Source of the DNA: Archaeoglobus fulgidus DSM 4304
GTDB taxonomy: Archaea; Halobacteriota; Archaeoglobi; Archaeoglobales; Archaeoglobaceae
Direction: 5' to 3'
DNA: 32,000 bases
Assembly (NCBI RefSeq): GCF_000008665.1
Contig: NC_000917.1
Coordinates: 1,170,001 to 1,202,000 of the forward strand
Part shown: positions 1 through 8,537 of the stretch, one piece after another
How the letters are laid out: the number at the start of each line of letters is the position of its first letter
Position numbering within the stretch: position 1 is the stretch's first letter
Notes under the pieces: generated by a model
What the model was told of the DNA's origin: nothing
Seen by the model: the letters and a program-made list of their open reading frames with translations, nothing else
The model's database searches: none
Program-made: the position numbers and the translations under genes

Positions 1-1
1 C

Positions 2-133
2 TGCAACCACGCCTCCAACTATTTGCCACTGAAGGGAACGCTGCCTGAAGACAGAGAAAAGCTGCTCAAGGCCATCGACTACGCCATAGCCCATCCGGAA
101 GTCCTTAAGCCTGAGTGGCTGAGGGGGCTTTAA
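2..133 (+). CDS. C-terminal fragment of a protein truncated by the window edge, possibly a radical SAM protein (CNHASNYLPLKGTLPEDREKLLKAIDYAIAHPEVLKPEWLRGL)
   Basis: Open frame from base 2 to the TAA at 131-133. The NHxSNYLPxxGTLPxDxxxLL tail resembles the C-termini of a radical SAM family. Confidence 0.5.
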   Translation, partial: CNHASNYLPLKGTLPEDREKLLKAIDYAIAHPEVLKPEWLRGL

Positions 134-142
134 AAATAAAAA

Positions 143-1120
143 TTAGCTGAGCGACTCTGCAATCTTTATAAGTTCATCTTTCGGCAGCTCACCGCTAATG
201 GACACCTGAACTCCATTTTTCTCGATGTAAAGGACTGATGCCCCAAATATCTCGCCGTAATAGGCCTTTTCACCGTTAATCTCCACTTCCTCAAAATCCT
301 TGGGAACCTCTGACTTCTCGGTTGATTCCAAAATCGTTAAAGCCTTTTCTCCGTCTGAGTAAGTAAGAAATGCTGAGTCATTCGTTACGCTGACAGACTT
401 TAGCTCGTATCCTGCGGTGTAGGATGGGACAAGGATTTTGAAGCTCGCTTCCTTCTGAGCCTCCTCAACGCTTTCATACGTCTTCGGGAGCTTGAAGTCA
501 AATTTTTCAACTTCAGCACCCTCTGGAGGCTTGAACTCAAAGAAGCTGTCGTCAACGCCTGTGTTGAAGCTCAGATTCCTGTATTCGATGTACATTTTGA
601 TACCTCCGAAGCTCGTTTCCACCCTTATGGGGAACCAGAACTCCTTGTCAACCCACATTTTGGTGGCGTTCTCCCTATCATTCTTCGGCTTTAAATTCAG
701 AACGAAACAGTCCCTGCCTGAAACCTTCTCCTCTCCGAGAAGCTCAACATCGTAGTATTCGAGCATTTCCTTTATCAGTGTAGTGTAGTCGAACTTGAGC
801 GGTGTGGATTCCTTAGTCATGTTCATCTCAAAAACCACCACCTTGTTGTTCTTCTTGTCGTAGCTCCACATAACGCTGCCGTTGGACACAGCAATGGAGT
901 TCTCATCCTCCATGTATAATTTATAGGGCTTCTTGAAGATGTAGGTGTAGTTCATCTCCATCTTACCCATCGGGCCCTCAGACACCACATAAACCTCTGC
1001 CCTCAAATCCTGAATTTTCTCCTCCTTTTCCTGCATCTTCTTCGCTATCTCTTCGGCGCTCATCTGCACACAGCCAGCCAGAACGGAAACTACAAGGAGA
1101 GCAATCAGCAACCTCTTCAT
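143..1120 (-). CDS. Secreted lipoprotein, LolA/outer-membrane-lipoprotein-sorting-like fold, DUF4367-like tail
   Basis: Frame 143..1159. The likely start is the ATG at 1120 (MKRLLIALLVVSVLAGC), which gives a lipobox signal peptide; the upstream 13 codons are probably leader. Confidence 0.7.
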   Translation of the reverse strand: MKRLLIALLVVSVLAGCVQMSAEEIAKKMQEKEEKIQDLRAEVYVVSEGPMGKMEMNYTYIFKKPYKLYMEDENSIAVSNGSVMWSYDKKNNKVVVFEMNMTKESTPLKFDYTTLIKEMLEYYDVELLGEEKVSGRDCFVLNLKPKNDRENATKMWVDKEFWFPIRVETSFGGIKMYIEYRNLSFNTGVDDSFFEFKPPEGAEVEKFDFKLPKTYESVEEAQKEASFKILVPSYTAGYELKSVSVTNDSAFLTYSDGEKALTILESTEKSEVPKDFEEVEINGEKAYYGEIFGASVLYIEKNGVQVSISGELPKDELIKIAESLS

Positions 1121-1192
1121 GTGTGCTGTGTTTTGTTCTGGATATATAAAGTTTGCCACTTGCAGTCAAATGACTGAAAAACATATTAAATC

Positions 1193-1963
1193 ATGAAACT
1201 AAGGCGAAACATGAAGTGGAACGATGAGGGAAAGAGAATTGTTGAGATGCTGAAACTCCGCACACCACCAGTTGGTGTAAAATTCTTCCAGGAGAAGTAC
1301 GAGCCTGAAAGGGCCTTTAGGCCGTCAAAATACGGAATAAAGATGGCAGTCTGTCAGGCCATTGCCTTTGCCCGCTACATCGGCAGAACGGTTGTGCTTG
1401 AGGCTGAGGACTTTGGGTGCCCTCCTGCGATGCTCCTTTACGGCGTGGCGGAGTATGAAGGGAGCCTGAAGGATATTCTGGTTGGCGCGCAGTGGCTGAA
1501 GGATGAGAGCTGCGAGGTTGCGGAGCAGAAGCTTCCATTGGGGAAGTATAAGAGCTTCGTTTTTGGGGACATGACGAAAATGGCGGAGGAGCCTGAGGCT
1601 GTGATGATTTTTGGAACTCCTGCCCAGATTGGGAGGCTGATACAGGCAGCAACCTACTTCGGAGGGGCTGTGAAGGCAAATCTGACGGCAAAAACTGCAT
1701 CGTGTGCTGAAGCTCTTTTCCCGGCTTTAAGGGGAGAGGTGGCGATTGCAGTTCCCGGAGCTGGAGACAGAGTTTTTGCCGCGATTCAGGAGACGGAGAT
1801 GATTTTTGCCATGCCCTATGCTTGGACAGGCAAAATCTTGGAGGGGCTTGAGAATGCAGGCAGGGGGGCAAATATCAGCTACCCGCCCTCACCCTTCCTG
1901 ATGTTCACTCCACGCTTCCCCAAGCACTACAGAGAGACTGCGGAGAAGTTCAAGCTCGTTTGA
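1193..1963 (+). CDS. DUF169 family protein
   Basis: 256-aa ORF. The N-terminus LKLRTPPVGVKFF and the internal GIKMAVCQAIAFARYIGRTVVLEAEDFGCPP are typical of DUF169. A TATA-like tatataaa lies in the intergenic region. Confidence 0.65.
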   Translation: MKLRRNMKWNDEGKRIVEMLKLRTPPVGVKFFQEKYEPERAFRPSKYGIKMAVCQAIAFARYIGRTVVLEAEDFGCPPAMLLYGVAEYEGSLKDILVGAQWLKDESCEVAEQKLPLGKYKSFVFGDMTKMAEEPEAVMIFGTPAQIGRLIQAATYFGGAVKANLTAKTASCAEALFPALRGEVAIAVPGAGDRVFAAIQETEMIFAMPYAWTGKILEGLENAGRGANISYPPSPFLMFTPRFPKHYRETAEKFKLV

Positions 1964-2597
1964 GGGCTGTAATCACACCATGACACCTGCAGGCGGTGGC
2001 GACAACAATTTTTTCCCTTTTTTCAGCCTGCTTCATTAGCTTGGCGAGTTCCTCACCCGAAATAGCCCCCAAACCCGGCTCAAGCTGCCTGCTGATTAAT
2101 ACGAAAGCATCCGGATAGGCAAACTTAACGAGGTCGTGCATCGGGCAGGGCTTTTTTATCTTGGTTACGGGGCAGATGTCGGGAGCGGAGCACTTTTCCA
2201 AGCAATCGGCATCCCTGTTGTAGCTCACAACCACGCTTCCTCTGCCTGCTGAGACAACGACTCTTGCAGGCAGATTGCCGATTATGCAGTCCAGCACCTC
2301 ATTCCACGGTTTGAGGTCAAATTTCAGCCTCAAAGCCTCGGCAGCGACGTGGAGAGGAGCGGTGGGGAAGATGTACTCAGGCTTAAATTTGAGAAGGGAT
2401 GGCAGGATTTCGATGCCCCCCTTCAGAAAGTACCTTCCCTCTTTAACTTCCTCAATACTATCTACCCTGACCAAATCAAGCTCCCTCATCGCAAGGCACT
2501 CCGGATTTCTGTCGATTATGACGTAGTCCCTTGACCTCTTCTCCAGAAACCTCGCAGCCTCGACTCCGTACTTTCCCCCTCCGACAATTACGTCCAT
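1950..2597 (-). CDS. Conserved archaeal protein with an N-terminal Rossmann-like motif (VGGGKYGVEAARFL) and Cys-rich segments
   Basis: 215-aa ORF. Cysteine motifs C-X6-C-X7-C-X4-C (CCSAPDICPVTKIKKPCPMHD) and ACRCHG. Confidence 0.55.
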   Translation of the reverse strand: MDVIVGGGKYGVEAARFLEKRSRDYVIIDRNPECLAMRELDLVRVDSIEEVKEGRYFLKGGIEILPSLLKFKPEYIFPTAPLHVAAEALRLKFDLKPWNEVLDCIIGNLPARVVVSAGRGSVVVSYNRDADCLEKCSAPDICPVTKIKKPCPMHDLVKFAYPDAFVLISRQLEPGLGAISGEELAKLMKQAEKREKIVVATACRCHGVITALKRA

Positions 2598-2598
2598 C

Positions 2599-3594
2599 TC
2601 ACCACCTGAAAGGAGGCTTGATCAGCCTTATCCTCCTTCCGTTCCACTCCACCTCATCCACAAGCTTCTCTCTAACCCTATCCTCAATTTTATCAACATC
2701 CCTCAGGCTCAAGACCTCAAAGGCGGGAACGTCGGCGTCTTGCAGAACTTTGACAGCCTCCTCAGTAGTCATCCGGCCGAGCTTTTCCTCAATCGCCTTC
2801 CTGACCTCCTCGTATCTTGAAAAGCTCTCAACGAGGGAAAAATTGAATCCAAGATTCAAAGCTGAGCAGAGTCGCCTCCAGAAGTGCTCTTCAGCAATGA
2901 TGCCGAGAGTTATGTATCCGTCTCTCGTCCTGTAGATGCCGTATGCGGGATTGCTTGAGAATGCTGGTAAAATTCCCAGCCCGTTTAGTATGGAGGAAGT
3001 GTGGATTGGGGCGGAAAAGAGGGCTGAGTGGAACATGCTGATGTCTATGTATCTACCCCTCCCCGTCCTCTCCCTCTCGTGAAGGGCAGCAAGAATTGCT
3101 ATGGCAGCATAAACGGCTGATGAGAAATCTGCGAGCTGCAAGTTGGGGTCCCTCATCTCCCTGCCCATTGCCGAAATCTCCAGAATGCCCCCAAGACCGA
3201 GGCAGTTTAAATCGTGTGCCGGCAAATGGGAAAGCCTGTTTTCCTGTCCAAAGGCTGAAATGGAGCAGTAGATAATGGATTCGTTCACCTTCTTAACGCT
3301 CTCGTAATCAATTCCAAGCTTCTTCGCCACTCCCGGCCTGAACCCCTCAACCACCACATCGGCATCCTCTGCAAGCTTCATGAACTCTCTCAAACCATCC
3401 TCCGACTTGAGGTCAAGGAAAAGGAACTTCTTGCCGTAATTCATCGCCGCAAAAACTGCGTCAAGCATCCTCCCCGGCTCACCGCCGGGGGGCTCGACCT
3501 TAATCACTTCTGCCCCCAAATTCCTCAGAAGCTGGCAGCAAAAGGGGCCGGGGTAGAAGGCAGCAACCTCAACAACTTTAACATCTTCAAGCAT
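2599..3594 (-). CDS. Family III CoA-transferase (CaiB/BaiF-like)
   Basis: 331-aa ORF: VVEVAAFYPGPFCCQLLRNLGAEVIKVEPPGG, LKSEDG, VVEGFRPGVAKKLGIDYESV are hallmark class III CoA-transferase motifs. Confidence 0.85.
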   Translation of the reverse strand: MLEDVKVVEVAAFYPGPFCCQLLRNLGAEVIKVEPPGGEPGRMLDAVFAAMNYGKKFLFLDLKSEDGLREFMKLAEDADVVVEGFRPGVAKKLGIDYESVKKVNESIIYCSISAFGQENRLSHLPAHDLNCLGLGGILEISAMGREMRDPNLQLADFSSAVYAAIAILAALHERERTGRGRYIDISMFHSALFSAPIHTSSILNGLGILPAFSSNPAYGIYRTRDGYITLGIIAEEHFWRRLCSALNLGFNFSLVESFSRYEEVRKAIEEKLGRMTTEEAVKVLQDADVPAFEVLSLRDVDKIEDRVREKLVDEVEWNGRRIRLIKPPFRW

Positions 3595-3642
3595 GACGGG
3601 AATTGTTTTGAAGATTTATAAAGTGCGTGATTTACTGGCAGC

Positions 3643-4833
3643 ATGTACCGTCTGAAGTGCATTGAATGCGGGAAGGAATGGGGCGATGAAAACTACACCT
3701 GCGAGTGTGGAGGGCTTCTGGAGGTTGAAATAGACCTTGATGAGGTTGAAATTGACTTCAGGCTTGATGGAAGCAACATCACGGTCTGGAAGTACCGCTC
3801 TCTCCTCCCCGTTAAAATTGACCCTGTCACGCTGAAGGAGGGTGGAACTCCTCTTTACAGGGCCGAGAGGCTTGAGAAGGAGGTTGGTGTGAGGAGAGTT
3901 TATGTTAAGCACGAAGGTCTGAACCCCTCAGGCTCCTTCAAGGACAGGGGGATGACTGTAGGAGTGACCAAAGCCCTTGAGCTTGGGAGAAAAGCTGTTG
4001 CGTGTGCATCAACAGGCAACACCTCAGCCTCAATGGCGATGTATGCGGCAAAGGCGGGGCTAAAGGCCTACGTCCTGCTTCCTGCAGGCAAGGTGGCGCT
4101 GGGAAAGGTTGCTCAAGCTTTAATGCACGGGGCGAAGGTTATAGGAATCGACGGGAACTTCGATGACGCGCTCAGAATTGTGAGGGAAGTTTGCAGCAGG
4201 GAGCCAATCTACCTCCTGAACTCCATCAACCCCTTCAGGCCTGAGGGGCAGAAGACCATCGCCTACGAGATTGCAGATGAAATTGGTGTGCCCGACAGAG
4301 TTGTTCTGCCTGTGGGGAATGCCGGGAACATATCAGCAATCTACAAGGGATTTAAGGAGCTCAGAGAGGTTGGTTTGACAGATTCAATGCCCAAAATGAC
4401 GGGGATTCAGGCTGAGGGAGCGGCGCCGATTTACAGGGCTTTTAAAGAGGGAAAAGAGGACATAACACCTATGGAGAATCCGGAAACCATAGCGACGGCC
4501 ATAAGAATAGGGAATCCAGTCAGCGCGAAAAAGGCTTTAAGGGCCATCTACAGCACAAACGGGCTGGCAGAGGTTGTTAGCGATTCAGAAATCATCGAGG
4601 CGCAGAAGTTCTTAGCTGCGAAGGAGGGCATAGGGGTTGAGCCAGCCTCAGCGGCAAGCGTTGCGGGGCTGAGAAAGCTCGCAGCCAATGGTATGCTCGA
4701 CCCGGATGAAACCATCGTGTGTGTTGTGACGGGCAATTTACTCAAAGACCCGGAGACTGTTGTGAGGGTTTGCGGAGAGCCGGTGAAAGTTGAGGCGAGC
4801 GTTGAGGCTGTAATCAGGGCGATGAGGGCTTGA
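3643..4833 (+). CDS. thrC: Threonine synthase
   Basis: 396-aa ORF with an N-terminal zinc-ribbon-like CxxC...CxC, PLP lysine motif NPSGSFKDRGM, and ASTGNTSASMAMYAAKAG. Confidence 0.9.
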   Translation: MYRLKCIECGKEWGDENYTCECGGLLEVEIDLDEVEIDFRLDGSNITVWKYRSLLPVKIDPVTLKEGGTPLYRAERLEKEVGVRRVYVKHEGLNPSGSFKDRGMTVGVTKALELGRKAVACASTGNTSASMAMYAAKAGLKAYVLLPAGKVALGKVAQALMHGAKVIGIDGNFDDALRIVREVCSREPIYLLNSINPFRPEGQKTIAYEIADEIGVPDRVVLPVGNAGNISAIYKGFKELREVGLTDSMPKMTGIQAEGAAPIYRAFKEGKEDITPMENPETIATAIRIGNPVSAKKALRAIYSTNGLAEVVSDSEIIEAQKFLAAKEGIGVEPASAASVAGLRKLAANGMLDPDETIVCVVTGNLLKDPETVVRVCGEPVKVEASVEAVIRAMRA

Positions 4834-5205
4834 AAGCTATGAGATAAAGCCTGTTGAAGATTAGTCTGGATTCCCTTGAGAGCTCTTCCTTAACTATTTT
4901 GAGGAAATTCTGGCGGTATTCCTCACTCAAGGGTTTTGAATAGCATTGTTGGTTCAGGTAGGCTGCTGCAGCACCTGAAAGGAAAACTTTGAAAATTTCA
5001 TCCCCTGAATGGTGAGTTTCAACTCTCAGAATTTTGCAGAATCTGACGTCAAAGCCTGTCCTTTCAAACAGCCTTCGATACTCATTTTCGCTGTCGAGAA
5101 AGAACCACGGGCTTCTGAAGCTTTTGAAAATTTTTGAGGTTCTTTTATCTTTTTCAACAGATCTCAGCGCCTTGAGGAAGGTGGGAGAGTAGTTTTGCGT
5201 TGCGG
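4814..5205 (-). pseudogene. C-terminal remnant of a class I SAM-dependent methyltransferase (trans-aconitate methyltransferase-like), lacking its N-terminal half
   Basis: Manual minus-strand translation: ATQNYSPTFLKALRSVEKDKRTSKIFKSFRSPWFFLDSENEYRRLFERTGFDVRFCKILRVETHHSGDEIFKVFLSGAAAAYLNQQCYSKPLSEEYRQNFLKIVKEELSRESRLIFNRLYLIAFKPSSP*. No usable N-terminal start, so it is absent from the ORF track. Confidence 0.65.
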
Positions 5206-5332
5206 GGGATATATATACAAAACTTAAGTCTGTTTGGATAACCGCATTTAGATTTTGGTATTATTAATTTTATATTTAATTTGAATAATAGAAGAAAAGA
5301 TTAGTTAGCAGAATTATCTTCCGGTTTTCAAA

Positions 5333-6349
5333 TTAAGGTATCATTCTGGTTATTAATGAAACTAGTCCTAAGGCCTTTAAGATTGGAACCACTATCATAA
5401 ATTCTCCAATTTGCCCCAAAGTTATTTTAATTCTTTTTACAGGAAGTTCAATTGGTGGCAATCTTTCTTCAAAATATAAAAAAGAAGTTCCAACTATTAT
5501 CATTAAAATCTGCCCATGTGTTTCGTATGTAATTTTTATGCTTTCAATAGACCATAATTTGATTAACAAAAATAAAAGAGAAGACAGTACAGGAAACCAG
5601 ACTTTCTTATTTATTCTAAGCATAACTTCTTTTTTTATTATTCTGTTTAGCTCGCTTTCTGTGAAAATATATATCCTGTTCTTTTTTAGAAATAGATACA
5701 TCAAAAATACAACCAGATCAAATCTTTCAAATTTATAATTCAATATTTCAGGGATAAACTTTTCTCTTAGACTTTCTTTTTGATTTTCGTACTCCTCTGA
5801 AGTAATTAATTCCCATAACAAATATTCCTTTAAATTTTTAATTTTGGATGTATCTATATTTACATTTATTTTCTCTAAAAAAATTTGCTTACATGCCCAA
5901 TAATAAATTAACTCTTCACCTTGAGTCCTTAAGTACTCTAACAATGATTTAAAATATTCCAATTCACCAATTTTTTTGAGTATATTGAAATTCAATATTG
6001 GCAAAAGTTGAATTATTAGATTTGACTTTTCAGTAATAGGGCTTTTTTCAATTCTATTTTTCAATTTATTCCAATATATTAACAAATCCTCGCCAACAAT
6101 TAAAGCTGACACTAGGGCTGTTAAAATAGTTTCAGAGTCCAATCTTCTTCTTTCCTTAATTTTCTGAGAATAGGATTCCGCTAATTTCTTTACCTTCTTG
6201 TTTTTGTAGAAGCCATGAATGTATGCGCAAAGAACAAATCTAATCTCCTGATTAGAAATTTGTGGGTCAAACTCCCAATTATCAACAACATAATTCATCC
6301 TTTTTTCTATTTCATTTATTTTATCAATATATATTTTATCCATCATAGG
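5333..6349 (-). CDS. Uncharacterised protein, third gene of the Argonaute operon; C-terminal hydrophobic (possible membrane) segments; candidate effector or accessory protein
   Basis: ORF 5333..6355. The likely start ATGATG overlaps the TGA stop of the Argonaute gene (CCTATGATGG). Hydrophobic stretches: [48 protein letters not shown]-rich and Lys/Ile-rich like its neighbours. Confidence 0.8.
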
Positions 6350-7626
6350 AACCACGGATTCGTTTGTAATGAGCGATTCCCTTCTGGGTTTATTGGATAT
6401 CCTCCATAACGATTTACATTTGCTATGATTCCTGCGACCAATTTTGGATAATTAACCGTAACGGGTAGATTTCTACTTCTAAATCCTCTCCAATTCATTT
6501 TAGACAGATAATATATTTCATCCAAAATCTCATGAACATTGTGGTAGTATTCTTCAGAAGTCCAATTATCGCTAACGATCTCAACACTTAATGGTTTTAT
6601 AGGGGTTACCATTTCTAATCCATTTCGTTTAAGATAAGGCTGTAAAAGTGTTAATAAGTATCTTTTAGAACTTAATTTTACTTTTGTCCCTTCATACGGA
6701 TGAAATCTATTGTTAGGGTCTCCCATTACCCAAAATGGATGAGTTTCATTTAAGTGAAGTATAGCATATTTTACGTCTCTTGATACCATTTCTTGTTTTT
6801 TTAACTCTTCAACCGTTTCTTTTAAAATCTTTGTCTCTCCATCTTTCATTTTGGGCCTTTTTCCACTTACATGTAAAGTTAACTTTTCGACATCCCAATC
6901 CGGATTACTTTTTTTGAAACCATATACCACTTTCTTAATTGTACTTTTTAAATATGTTAGATATTCACTACTCGTAACTATTGGTGAAATTTCATTCCAC
7001 AGCATTGTCCCATCTTTCTTGAAGACCATAGCAAAACAAAATAGATTTACATTATCAATACGTGTTGCGCCAGTTCCTATTATAATGTCTGAACCTTTTT
7101 CAGGATCTACATTTAAAATCCAAGGTTTTCCACCAAGTTTTGAAACAAATTGTACCAACAGATTGTCAACATAGAATGTCAAATTTCTGTTAGATAATAT
7201 ATCATATCTCATAAATTGTGATGGGATACTATTTATTAAATACGATTTAAGCTTATAATATAATGGGGTATTATATTCTGGAAGAACGAGCATAATTCCG
7301 TCCACACCCGTATCTATAGCATTATCTACTTGAGATTTGATAGAGTCAAAGTGTGGGGAATCGTAGATAAACTCAGAAATGTTTATATTATGAATATGCC
7401 ACACCTCATCAATTTTAGAACTTATTTGTGATTTCAATTGGTTTATTAAACTTGAAAACTGATTGTTATGGATTAATGCAATTTGATTATACTTTAAGGA
7501 GGGGACTTCATAAGGCCCATAATTCCTTAATCCTTTAATCAACTCACCAGTGTTTGATATTGGTACAGATGCGCCATTCCCTATACGGTATGTCAAACCA
7601 TTTTCAACTATTTTATATTCCATCAT
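6343..7626 (-). CDS. Prokaryotic Argonaute AfAgo/AfPiwi (MID-PIWI only, catalytically inactive)
   Basis: 427-aa ORF starting [46 protein letters not shown] and ending NPWFL. Recognised as the structurally characterised A. fulgidus Piwi/Argonaute (believed to be AF1318). Its C-terminal carboxylate helps coordinate the guide 5' phosphate metal. Confidence 0.97.
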
Positions 7627-8363
7627 TGTTTGACACCTCTACTATTTCAAGAGGCTTAAAAACAATCTTAATTTCTCCATCAGGAGTGCTAAAAGTCTTT
7701 TCATCTTCTGAAGAACCGAAGGCTTCTTTTAAAAGCCCTGTGAGAAGGTTAAACTTATCCCGCATAGCTGTTGCATATTTTTTACCTTCAGGTGTAAGAT
7801 GTCTATGGAATGCTTGAACAGACACCCATATTTTCTTTTTGACACTTTCCCCGTACTTATCTTTAATCTTCGTATATGAGATTCGCTGGTTATTTTCTCG
7901 ATCAAGGATATTTATTTTTAGATCAACAATAATTCCAAAATTTGTATTTTGCCAATGATGAACATTAATTATTAACTCGTATTGTAGCTTTATTATATTG
8001 GAGAACTCATAGTTTTCAGTAATTTCCTTAACTAATCTCAAAGTTGATCCCAACTCTTTTAATTGCCATGGTGTAGCTATATTCTCTGACAATATATCAA
8101 GAAGATACTTTCGAAATATTTTTCCAAACAAAGCATTACTATTATCTATTTCATCAAATTCGTTTTCTATGCCATAACCATATAAATAAATTAAATCTCC
8201 GATCCTTTTTTTCCATTTACCTGGTAAAAATTCCTCATAATATGGAATTGCTGATACCTTTATCGTTTCTGGATAGTTAACGATGGGGTAAATATTAATA
8301 TAGAATTCCTGAACTTCTTACATCTGGAGTGTTCACATTACCCGAACTGAGTGGTATTTCCAT
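7613..8363 (-). CDS. Argonaute partner with N-L1-L2-like domains (AfAgo-N), reconstructed with one frameshift near 8318; the ORF track shows only 7613..8131
   Basis: The track ORF begins at an internal TTG (8131). The same frame is open upstream to the TAA at 8320-8318, encoding EVQEFYINIYPIVNYPETIKVSAIPYYEEFLPGKWKKRIGDLIYLYGYGIENEFDEIDNSNA. ATG at 8363 has TAGGAGG upstream and encodes MEIPLSSGNVNTPDV before the frame changes. The 3' end overlaps the Ago start by 14 nt. Confidence 0.8.
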
Positions 8364-8370
8364 GATAACT

Positions 8371-8379
8371 CCTCCTAAA
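8371..8379 (-). promoter_or_regulatory. Strong Shine-Dalgarno for the Argonaute operon
   Basis: Minus strand TTTTAGGAGGAGTTATCATG places AGGAGG about 7 nt before the ATG at 8363. Confidence 0.75.
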
Positions 8380-8414
8380 ACTTGTTTTCATCACATCAAC
8401 TTAGGGTTTGGCTA

Positions 8415-8432
8415 AATAAATTTTAATCTTGG
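8415..8432 (-). promoter_or_regulatory. Candidate archaeal TATA box/promoter for the Argonaute operon
   Basis: Minus-strand AAAATTTATTTAG about 60 nt upstream of the proposed ATG at 8363, in an AT-rich divergent intergenic region. Confidence 0.35.
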
Positions 8433-8537
8433 ACTGGAGTCTTATTAAATTGCAATTCCAGCTAAGTTAAAAATGGTTATATTTATTTTTTATCCTCAAA
8501 AAATTACCTTTATTTAATTCACCAACAAGTTTTAACC

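Noticed and set aside
1121-1159. Longer N-terminus of the first lipoprotein ORF (MANFIYPEQNTAH)
   Set aside because: It would precede the signal peptide and run into the TATA-like region; the internal ATG at 1120 gives a proper lipoprotein signal.
5161-5220. Plus-strand peptide LEEGGRVVLRCGGYIY opposite the methyltransferase fragment, superficially like a methyltransferase motif
   Set aside because: It is short, lacks a continuing frame and sits on the wrong strand; the minus-strand reading is longer and coherent.
5538-5738. Small plus-strand ORF inside the third Ago-operon gene
   Set aside because: Phe/Ile-rich shadow translation of an AT-rich coding strand; no supporting signals.
6851-7174. 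Plus-strand 107-aa ORF antisense to the Argonaute gene
   Set aside because: Low-complexity hydrophobic and Ser-rich shadow frame with no start context or recognisable family. Explained by the coding strand of AfAgo.
6343-7626. Possibility that AfAgo is itself a truncated or decaying long Argonaute
   Set aside because: The missing N-L1-L2 part is supplied by the coupled upstream gene, so this looks like a split architecture rather than simple decay. PAZ is absent from both.
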